From NCBI GenBank assembly GCA_964643685.1, contig CAZXTN010000004.1, positions 40,677 through 75,999 on the forward strand: a stretch of 35,323 nt of DNA, in the 5' to 3' direction. The notes under the pieces were generated by a model. That model was not told where the DNA came from. It did no database searches and saw nothing but the letters and a program-made list of their open reading frames with translations. The position numbers and the translations under genes were made by a program. Of the stretch, positions 1 to 7,240 are shown one piece after another. How positions within the stretch are numbered: the first letter of the stretch is position 1; each line of letters begins with the position of its first letter. The DNA is from Candidatus Micrarchaeota archaeon. Its GTDB lineage: Archaea > B1Sed10-29 > JAJRYS01.

Positions 1-3
1 GTT

Positions 4-39
4 AAAAAGTTCTTCAATTGAACTTTTTCGCAAGCGAAA
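4..39 (-). terminator. Hairpin(s) downstream of cca, putative terminator
   Basis: AAAAAGTTC(4-12)-N7-GAACTTTTT(20-28) is a perfect inverted repeat. It overlaps a second one, TTTCGC-AA-GCGAAA (26-39). Both lie 20-55 nt past the cca stop. Confidence 0.4.
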
Positions 40-60
40 TTCTCCGCAGGGGCGTTTTGT

Positions 61-1335
61 TTATGAGAAGTAAAATTTCAGCAGTTCTTTTTCTTTAGTG
101 ACTTTTTTGTCTTTTCTTATCTTGCTTTTTTTAGCTTCTTTTTTTAAGTAAGATGGAACTGCAGGCGATTTTTTCAAGTAATCTTCTATTAACTCAACTG
201 CTTTTGTATATTGTCTTTTTTTCCAGCAGTATACGAAGCTTCTGTGCACCCAGCAGTCTTTGTTTTTTTCCAGGAATTTTTCAGTGTTTTCCTTGTCCCA
301 TATTTCAGGGCCTTTTGCTTTTTTGTATAATGGAAGTTCGTATTCTTTCATTTCAAGCACGATTCCGCATTTCTTTTTTTCATCAGTCCAGTAGCCTGTC
401 TTGTAGACGTCAAATTCGTTTTGATAGAGGAAGTCTTTCAAGTTTTTAGTTAGCTTCTCAAGCTGAGACCAGAGTATTTCTGGTATTATGTCTGGTGCTT
501 TGAAGCTGATTGTTATCATGTTTCTTCCTTTTGTTTTTTCCTTCAAGTTGATTTTGATTTTCTTTTCTTTGAACATTTCAGGGCTTTTGTTTTTTTCATA
601 TTCTCTTGCTTTGAGTATGAACCTGCTTAGTGTTGTTTTTGAAACAGCTGCTGCTGCGTTTCTTTCCTTGTCAACTGGGTCTATGACTACGAGTGGGTCT
701 TTGAATTTAGAGTAATCATTTCTTAGTTTTTCAATGTCTATTTCAATTCTTTTGTTCCATTTGTTTGCAGCTGCTTCCATTAGTTTTTCAAGGGAGCCAT
801 AGTAAATGATGAGGAGTTCGCATAAGTATCCTGAAAATCCTTTTACTTTCTGGTCAGCGCCGTATAACTTGTTTGCTTTTAGGAACTTTTTAAGAAGGAT
901 TATGTCTTGCCTTTCCTTGTCTGTTATTTTTTCAAGCACGTACTTGTTGTGCAGAGGCGTCCTGTCAACAGCTGATTTTATCTTGCCTTTTCCTTTGTAC
1001 TCGTAGCATGGCACGATTTCTACATAGAATCCTTTTACTTTTGCTCTTACATAAGGGTGTTCTGCGTAGTGTGTTGTTGGCTTGTATCTTTTAAGTATTT
1101 TTTTTCCTAGTTGTATTCCTTTTTTTTCAAGCTCTTCCCTTGTTGTTTTTTCAGGGAAGAATACGAAGATGTCTATGTCGTTTTCTCCTGATACGAATGT
1201 GCCCCTTGCTGCTGAGCCGACTAGCATTGCCTTGTATCCTTCTTTGTTTATTTGCTTTATTATGCTGTCTGCTATGCTTGTCACTTTTTTTATCTCTTCT
1301 TTTCCTGGCATTATTTTTTCAATCAGCTTTTTCAT
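61..1335 (-). CDS. cca: CCA tRNA nucleotidyltransferase (archaeal class I)
   Basis: Nucleotidyltransferase motif VGSAARGT...DIDIF, plus AEHPY, SAVDRTPLH, GFSGYLCELL and DPVD.RNAAAA, all typical of archaeal CCA-adding enzymes. Confidence 0.95.
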   Translation of the reverse strand: MKKLIEKIMPGKEEIKKVTSIADSIIKQINKEGYKAMLVGSAARGTFVSGENDIDIFVFFPEKTTREELEKKGIQLGKKILKRYKPTTHYAEHPYVRAKVKGFYVEIVPCYEYKGKGKIKSAVDRTPLHNKYVLEKITDKERQDIILLKKFLKANKLYGADQKVKGFSGYLCELLIIYYGSLEKLMEAAANKWNKRIEIDIEKLRNDYSKFKDPLVVIDPVDKERNAAAAVSKTTLSRFILKAREYEKNKSPEMFKEKKIKINLKEKTKGRNMITISFKAPDIIPEILWSQLEKLTKNLKDFLYQNEFDVYKTGYWTDEKKKCGIVLEMKEYELPLYKKAKGPEIWDKENTEKFLEKNKDCWVHRSFVYCWKKRQYTKAVELIEDYLKKSPAVPSYLKKEAKKSKIRKDKKVTKEKELLKFYFS

Positions 1336-1377
1336 TTCCTGCGTTTCCCCTTTTTCTTTTTTTTTAACCTTATTGTA

Positions 1378-1387
1378 TTTATATAAA
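1378..1387 (+). promoter_or_regulatory. Putative archaeal TATA box for the ATPase at 1407
   Basis: TTTATATAAA lies 20-29 nt upstream of ATG 1407 in the divergent cca/ATPase gap. No RBS is visible, consistent with a leaderless mRNA. Confidence 0.45.
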
Positions 1388-1406
1388 AAGCTTTTAATTA
1401 ATAGTT

Positions 1407-2933
1407 ATGGGTGAAAAGATTGAGAGGAAGAACGCGACTATTTTTGAAGGCAGCGTGTGGAATGATTACTTCCTGAAGAAAGAGGTTTTGCCTAAGAAGG
1501 ATGAGGAGTTTGTTTCTCTTGTTTACAAGACTGCTTTGCATGAGTACTCGACTGAAGAGCTTCAGTCTCTTTTTTTGAAAAACAAGAAGCAGGAGAAGTT
1601 CATAGAAGAAACTAAGGAATTTTATAAGAAGATAACTCCTTTTATCAACTCTTTTTTAGATGAAGAAAATGAAGCCAAGGTTATTGCTTTGACGAGCAAT
1701 TACTTGAAAAAAATAGCACCTAATTTGAAGAACAGGAAAGTGATTATTAAGGAGATTGTTAAGCGTCTTTTTGGTTTTGGCGTGTTGACTCCTTTGCTTG
1801 AAGATGATGAGCTTGAGGAGATAATGGTTAATGGAGCTAAGAAGCCTATTTTTGTTTTTGACAGGACTCTTGGCTTGTGCAGGACTGACGTGCAGTTTGA
1901 ATCTGAAAAGGATATTCGTGCTTTGATTAAGAGGATAGGCTCTTTTGTTGGAAAAGAAGTTGATGAAAAAATGCCTCTGCTTGATGCTCGTTTGCCTGAC
2001 GGTTCAAGAGTCAATGCAACTCTTTCTTTAATTTCTCCTAAGGGCTCTACTATTACTATAAGGAAGTTCAGAAGAAGGCCTATTACAATTACTGAAATGA
2101 TTTCAAACGGAACTTTAACTTCTGAACTTGCTGCTTTTTTATGGATGTGTGTTGATGGAATGATGGTTTCTCCTATGAATTTGATTATTGCAGGAGGAAC
2201 TGGAAGTGGTAAGACAACTACTTTGAATGCTTTAAGCGTGTTTATTCCAACTAGAGAGAGGATTGTTACTATTGAAGATACTCTTGAGTTGAATTTGTAT
2301 GACAGGGAAAATTGGATTCAATTGGAAGCGCGGATGGGCATTAAAGAAGAAGATGAAATTAGTCTTGATGACTTGTTGAAAAATGCTATTAGAATGCGTC
2401 CTGACAGGGTGATTGTAGGAGAAGTCAGGGGCAAGGAAGCTTTGTCAATGTTCACTGCAATGGATATTGGGCATCAGGGTGTGATGAGTACTTTGCATGC
2501 TAATTCAGCAAAAGAAACTTTGCTAAGGCTCCAGTCAGAGCCGATGAGCGTTCCTGTTTCAATGTTCTCTTTGCTTGATTTGATTATAATGCAGCATAGG
2601 ATTTACTGGCCAAGGGTAGGCTTGATTAGGAGGATAATGCAGGTTTCAGAAGTAAGGGTCATGGGAGACCATGTTCTTCTTAATGACGTTTTTTCTTTCA
2701 ACAGAGAAAAAGACAAGGCTTATAGAACCAACTTGCCTTCTGAAATTTTTGAAAAGCTTTCTTTCTTAACAGGGTTTAATAAAAAAGATTTGAAAGACGA
2801 GCTTACTTTAAGGTCCTCTGTGCTTCAAGCAATGGTTGACAAGAAAATTTTTGACTCAATTAAAATTAAAAAAATTGTTGAAAACTATTGGCAGGACCCA
2901 GCTAAAGTTGCTAGAAAATTCAGCCTCATCTAA
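1407..2933 (+). CDS. CpaF/TadA/VirB11-family secretion or pilus ATPase (orphan copy)
   Basis: LEEIMVNG, LDARLPDGSRVNAT, TIRKF, Walker A GGTGSGKTT, TIEDTLEL, RMRPDRVIVGEVRG and His box GHQGVMSTLHANS. Confidence 0.92.
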   Translation: MGEKIERKNATIFEGSVWNDYFLKKEVLPKKDEEFVSLVYKTALHEYSTEELQSLFLKNKKQEKFIEETKEFYKKITPFINSFLDEENEAKVIALTSNYLKKIAPNLKNRKVIIKEIVKRLFGFGVLTPLLEDDELEEIMVNGAKKPIFVFDRTLGLCRTDVQFESEKDIRALIKRIGSFVGKEVDEKMPLLDARLPDGSRVNATLSLISPKGSTITIRKFRRRPITITEMISNGTLTSELAAFLWMCVDGMMVSPMNLIIAGGTGSGKTTTLNALSVFIPTRERIVTIEDTLELNLYDRENWIQLEARMGIKEEDEISLDDLLKNAIRMRPDRVIVGEVRGKEALSMFTAMDIGHQGVMSTLHANSAKETLLRLQSEPMSVPVSMFSLLDLIIMQHRIYWPRVGLIRRIMQVSEVRVMGDHVLLNDVFSFNREKDKAYRTNLPSEIFEKLSFLTGFNKKDLKDELTLRSSVLQAMVDKKIFDSIKIKKIVENYWQDPAKVARKFSLI

Positions 2934-2942
2934 CTCCTTTTT

Positions 2943-4502
2943 TTAAATAAGCAGGTAAATTATTAAAATTAATGCGCTTATGCTTATCACTGCAACTGCT
3001 ATTTTTTGCTTCAAACTGAATTTCACAGCGTTCTTTTTTTCTAAGACAGCTGATTCCCCAGTTCTTCTAATGAATCTATTGTCTATTAAATAAGCAATTG
3101 CGAATGAAACAAGTTCCTTGGAGTAATGGAACTTGTCAGCTATCTTTTCTAAATTAACTTCGCCATTGCTTTTTTTTATTTCACTGAAAATTTCATTTAT
3201 GAACTCTTGTTCAGTTTTTTCCTCTTTAAGTATTTCATATTTTCCATTCAAATCCTGTTTTTCAATACCAGGAGTTTCTATTCTTTTTTCAATTGCTTTT
3301 GATTTCAAGTTTATGAACAAAGTTACTGCTGCTCCTGTTACTAGAAGAAAAATGAGGTAGGATAAAAAATTGTTTTCTTGTGTTTTTTTAAGCCATACTG
3401 TTGACAAGTAAATGTTCCTGTTCAATGGCTTGTTTGAATAAGTATGCAGTTCTAACTCAGGTTCTGTGAAAACAATCCTGTAACCAACTGGCTTTTTTTC
3501 AACTGCCTTGAACGCGTCAATGTCCACCCATTTTCCCAAGTAAGCAGAAACCCAAGCATACTTAAAATTTCCTTTCTTGCCTATCACTAACTTAACAGGC
3601 ACTCCCTCTAGCGCCAATTTCTTCTTAGCATAAATGCTGTAATCCAAACTGTCAGATAATGAATTTAAATTGACATCATGCTCGTTTACAAACTCTCCTG
3701 TTCCACTTCTGCTTGTTTCACTTAATTCATCTAAAACCTGCTTCAGCTTGTCATCAACTGAACCAAATTCTTCCACTGCCCCGCTTGTCTTAACAAAACT
3801 GTTTTCTAAAAAACAAGAATAAGCCAAAGGAAAACTTGTTTTTCTCTTAAGCTGCAAATTGAAAGGGTAGTACACTACTTTAATTGAAAAAGACTGCCCT
3901 TTCTTCAATTCCCTTTCTTCAGATTTAACGCTGTAATCGCTTGTGTTCAAAGTGATTTGACGCTGGTTTTTTAAGTCTATTGGCTGCGAAAAACTCACAC
4001 CTAATGAGCTCCCTTCAAAATCAGTGTCAGTAACCACTAAGTATCTGCTGTTGTTCTTGTAGTTATCTGCTAAGAAAATAATCTTCTTGTCTTCAAAAAC
4101 CAAAGGCAAGTAAATAGAAACCCTTGCTTCTTTTTCTCTTTTGCTTTTGAAAGTGACTTCAGAGACTATCTTTTTTCCTTCTATTCTTACTTTTTCTTCA
4201 ATCTGCATGCCCTCTTTTTCAGTGCTTACTTTGAAGCTGTAACTGCTTTTTGAACCTGAAACCATGCCCTGCTGGATAGAAGGGGCAATTGTAAATGATT
4301 TTCCGTCAATGCTTACTGAGGGAATTAAGTTGATTTCATAGCCGTTGTTTACAACTGCCCTGTCAGCCAAATTCTGAGGAAGCTTCAGGACATAACTATC
4401 TGCTCTTATTAAAAACTTGTCTCCGTAAGCGCCGAAATTTTCAACTGAAAAAACAACTGCATTAAGAAGTATTATCAACAATGCTAATTTGAGCAATTTC
4501 AT
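2943..4502 (-). CDS. Membrane protein: signal peptide, beta-rich ectodomain, degenerate transglutaminase-like domain, TM, winged-helix-like domain, C-terminal TM
   Basis: N-terminal hydrophobic signal. SDSLDYS...EGVPVKLVIG...YAWVSAYLGKWVDIDAF resembles the transglutaminase core. TM FLSYLIFLLVTGAAVTLFI. The segment VNLEKIADKFHYSKELVSFAIAYLIDNRFI is wHTH-like. RBS AAAGGTG upstream. Confidence 0.7.
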   Translation of the reverse strand: MKLLKLALLIILLNAVVFSVENFGAYGDKFLIRADSYVLKLPQNLADRAVVNNGYEINLIPSVSIDGKSFTIAPSIQQGMVSGSKSSYSFKVSTEKEGMQIEEKVRIEGKKIVSEVTFKSKREKEARVSIYLPLVFEDKKIIFLADNYKNNSRYLVVTDTDFEGSSLGVSFSQPIDLKNQRQITLNTSDYSVKSEERELKKGQSFSIKVVYYPFNLQLKRKTSFPLAYSCFLENSFVKTSGAVEEFGSVDDKLKQVLDELSETSRSGTGEFVNEHDVNLNSLSDSLDYSIYAKKKLALEGVPVKLVIGKKGNFKYAWVSAYLGKWVDIDAFKAVEKKPVGYRIVFTEPELELHTYSNKPLNRNIYLSTVWLKKTQENNFLSYLIFLLVTGAAVTLFINLKSKAIEKRIETPGIEKQDLNGKYEILKEEKTEQEFINEIFSEIKKSNGEVNLEKIADKFHYSKELVSFAIAYLIDNRFIRRTGESAVLEKKNAVKFSLKQKIAVAVISISALILIIYLLI

Positions 4503-4610
4503 TTTACAGAAACACCTTTGTTAATTTAAGCAAATTCTTTATTATTAACCTGTCTTTTCCTGCTTTATTAATTGATCCCAATATTTAAACAAGTTTTTTA
4601 AAATATTCAG

Positions 4611-4642
4611 AGAAAAAGAGGAAACTGCTTTTGCAGTTTCCT
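4611..4642 (-). terminator. Intrinsic-type terminator (10-bp stem plus U-rich tail)
   Basis: AGGAAACTGC(4619-4628)-TTTT-GCAGTTTCCT(4633-4642) is a perfect stem. On the minus strand it is followed by CTTTTTCT. Confidence 0.65.
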
Positions 4643-4678
4643 TTGGCTGGGTGAAAAAATTCATTGAAGCATAATGTT

Positions 4679-4753
4679 TCATTCATTAATAGGAAGTTTT
4701 GAATAAGCCTTGATTTCTTTTCCATCAACATTCAAAGTGAGTACAAACAACAT
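4679..4753 (-). CDS. Small ORF, 24 aa (MLFVLTLNVDGKEIKAYSKLPINE), not in the ORF track
   Basis: Translated by hand. It is preceded by AAAGGTGTTCAC-ATG, the same AAAGGTGTT RBS as the gene starting at 4502, and followed by the terminator at 4611-4642. Confidence 0.5.
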   Translation of the reverse strand: MLFVLTLNVDGKEIKAYSKLPINE

Positions 4754-4762
4754 GTGAACACC

Positions 4763-4780
4763 TTTCAAAACCTTTTGAAA
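4763..4780. promoter_or_regulatory. Perfect inverted repeat abutting the sORF RBS (operator or RNA hairpin candidate)
   Basis: TTTCAAAA-CC-TTTTGAAA. Confidence 0.35.
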
Positions 4781-4837
4781 ATAGTTAAGTTAGTTAACAC
4801 TTATTTTCTATAATAACAAACAGGTTGTTTTTTCTAA

Positions 4838-6649
4838 CTAAAACGTCTTCAAAAATAAGAAATCCTTAGATTTTGTAATTTTTTTGCTGTTCACTTCGTA
4901 GAATGCCCCTGCTTCATATAATGGCTGTAAGCTTGAGTATGCTTCTTCTTTTTCTTCTTCATTGCTTCCATTTAACACAAGTCCTGAGGATAAGTCCATG
5001 TTTATGCCAAGAGCTTTGTTTGCAGCTAAGAACCTTGTCAGGGTGTCAGAATCATGTGACTCACCTAGTTTTAAGTTCAAGCTGTCTTTTTTGTTCAGTT
5101 CTCTTAATTTTTTTCCGCAGAACCTGCTTATGCTTATTGCTTGTTTCAACTGCTCTTTTTTGAAGTCAGGGGAGTTGGAGAGTATGAGAACTGATTGAGG
5201 AAGGCCTGTTAAGAGGATATTGTTCTGCATGTTATCTATTTTCAAGTAACTGCTCTTTGAAAGGAATGAGTAAGTTTCTGTCTGCATTATGTCCTGCATC
5301 TGTGCTTTTTTTATTAAGATTACTTTTTCAGCTAAGTTTATCATTGATTCCAGTTGATTGTAGAAATCCCCTTCATTTTTCGATAGTTTTGCAATTTTAG
5401 GCAAGTTAATTGAAACTGATTGCATTACTCCCGAGGCTTCAATTTTGTTCTGAATAACGCTGTTATACACCAGGGACTTGTTCCCTGTATCTTGTTTAAT
5501 CAAGTAAGCTCCTCTTGGGATTTTCATTTTTGCATTTATCCTCTTGTATTTTATAGCTATGTTCGGCCATTTGAATCTTGTGTTAGCGTAATCTCCTTTT
5601 TCCATGACTTCAAGTAAGACTTTCATAAATTTCCCGGCTTCTTCTTCATAATCTTCATATGCTCCTTTGAATTCCCCTCCTACTGACACTGCTTTTGTTT
5701 TTTTCAAAAATTTAGGAATTTCTTCTTGTAAGTTTATTGTAAAAGAATTATCAGCGTAATACTTCCTGTTTATTTCATACAAGAAAGTCTGCGCAGTTTG
5801 CTTAACTTCCTTCAAGCTCTTGTTTTTCAAATAAGGAGCTATTAGTATGTTAAAGTGGTCAAAGCCAACTCCTTTTGAAGCATAGTCTCTTGAAGTTAAA
5901 AGAGCTCTTGCTGCATGCAAAACTGCTACTGTTGGTTTCCTGGCAGGGCCTGTTGTAATCACTCCATTTAATGAAAAACCATTTTTTAGAAAATGCATTA
6001 AGTTGTTTTGAATTGACTCAGGTTTTGTAATGAAGTCACTTAAGGAATGGATGTAAATGTCTGAATTCAAGTGAGCTTCTTTAATCTTCTTAGGCATTAC
6101 TTTGGTTAAAGTATACTCTTCCATTACCTTGTTTCCAAAAAGATAATTCATCAGAGAGGGGTTCCTTTCCCTTCTATTCTCAGTTATTTTTTTAATATCA
6201 TAGACAGGAAGCCCTATCCTAGAGTAATTCATTTTTGCATTGAACAGCTTTTTCTGCAAAAGAGTAGCATTCACAACTTCTCTTATAAGAGAAGATGAAA
6301 TGTCTTTCAGCTGAAACCTTCTTATATCCCTTTCAACATCACTTGCAATATCCTCTGCAACTGCTTTTGGTATCTTAGTTTCTCTTACAAGAGACTCAGC
6401 TATTTTTTTCTTATCAAAATGCTCTATCACATTTTTTGAAGTCCTTACCTTAATTGAGTGATAGTCTTTAAACTGATTCGCTTGCTCTTCATCAATCTCT
6501 TCTAAAACCTTTGTTATCTTTTTAACCAACTGCTTTTCATTCAATCCATCAAGCTCATTTTTCAGCTTAACAGCTGCTTCAGAAGCAGCCCAGAAACTAA
6601 CTCCAGCTTGCTTGCATTTTTTAATCACAATATTAGGCGAAACAGTCAT
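4838..6649 (-). CDS. ATP-cone / class III (NrdD-like) ribonucleotide reductase homolog, apparently catalytically inactive
   Basis: ATP cone (KVRTSKNVIEHFDKKKIAESLVRETK...LIREVVN) and archaeal NrdD-like blocks RIGLPVYD, AHLNSDIYIHSL, GPARKPTVAVLHAA, GVGFDHFNILIAPY and SINLPKIA. Only 2 Cys in 603 aa. No C-terminal CxxC/CxxC and no RxxGY. Confidence 0.8.
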   Translation of the reverse strand: MTVSPNIVIKKCKQAGVSFWAASEAAVKLKNELDGLNEKQLVKKITKVLEEIDEEQANQFKDYHSIKVRTSKNVIEHFDKKKIAESLVRETKIPKAVAEDIASDVERDIRRFQLKDISSSLIREVVNATLLQKKLFNAKMNYSRIGLPVYDIKKITENRRERNPSLMNYLFGNKVMEEYTLTKVMPKKIKEAHLNSDIYIHSLSDFITKPESIQNNLMHFLKNGFSLNGVITTGPARKPTVAVLHAARALLTSRDYASKGVGFDHFNILIAPYLKNKSLKEVKQTAQTFLYEINRKYYADNSFTINLQEEIPKFLKKTKAVSVGGEFKGAYEDYEEEAGKFMKVLLEVMEKGDYANTRFKWPNIAIKYKRINAKMKIPRGAYLIKQDTGNKSLVYNSVIQNKIEASGVMQSVSINLPKIAKLSKNEGDFYNQLESMINLAEKVILIKKAQMQDIMQTETYSFLSKSSYLKIDNMQNNILLTGLPQSVLILSNSPDFKKEQLKQAISISRFCGKKLRELNKKDSLNLKLGESHDSDTLTRFLAANKALGINMDLSSGLVLNGSNEEEKEEAYSSLQPLYEAGAFYEVNSKKITKSKDFLFLKTF

Positions 6650-6652
6650 GTT

Positions 6653-6679
6653 TTTTATTTAACCACAACTTAAATAAAA
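6653..6679. promoter_or_regulatory. Palindromic pair of TATA boxes serving the divergent nrdD-like and lrp genes
   Basis: TTTTATTTAA(6653-6662)-N7-TTAAATAAAA(6670-6679). Each TTATTTAA begins 28-30 nt from one of the two start codons in a 35-nt gap. Confidence 0.6.
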
Positions 6680-6684
6680 GAAGT

Positions 6685-7104
6685 ATGGAATTAAATGAAA
6701 CAGATCTTAAAATAATCTCATTTCTCAAGAAAGACTCACGAATCTCTTACACTGACTTGGGAAAAAAACTTGACTTGTCAGACGTAGCAGTTAAAAAAAG
6801 AATAGACAAGCTAGTGTCACAGGGAGTCATTAAAAACTTTTCAATAAACATTGACAACGAAAAAATAGGCAAGAAAATAAATGCAGTTCTTCTTGTAAAC
6901 TGCGTGCCTGAAGACATAAGCAAAGTAATTCAAAAATTTGAAAAAATACAACAAGTTGAAAAAATAAACAAAGCAATCGGAGAATATGACTTAATCATAG
7001 AACTCTTATGTAAGGACATTAATGAACTGAAAGAGATAGTTGAAGAAAAATTCACTTCACTTAAAGGAGTAAACTCAATAAACACTCTAATCAAAACAAG
7101 CTAA
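6685..7104 (+). CDS. Lrp/AsnC family transcriptional regulator
   Basis: N-terminal HTH (TDLKIISFLKKDSRISYTDLGKKLDLSDVAVKKRIDKLVSQGVI) and RAM domain with GEYDL. Confidence 0.95.
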   Translation: MELNETDLKIISFLKKDSRISYTDLGKKLDLSDVAVKKRIDKLVSQGVIKNFSINIDNEKIGKKINAVLLVNCVPEDISKVIQKFEKIQQVEKINKAIGEYDLIIELLCKDINELKEIVEEKFTSLKGVNSINTLIKTS

Positions 7105-7240
7105 TTCCTCTCCTCTAATCTTTTCTTTTCAGATATATAATTAGTTTTATAAATGCATTATGGTTTCTTATTAAACAAAACTTGCAGTATAAAGCAGTTT
7201 TTTACAAGAATCTTAAAAAAGTTAAAGGTGATTACAAGAC

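Noticed and set aside
4503-4837. Possible frameshifted NrdD C-terminus (CxxC, RxxGY) downstream of the stop
   Set aside because: No such motifs were seen on the minus strand. The region holds the sORF and terminator instead.
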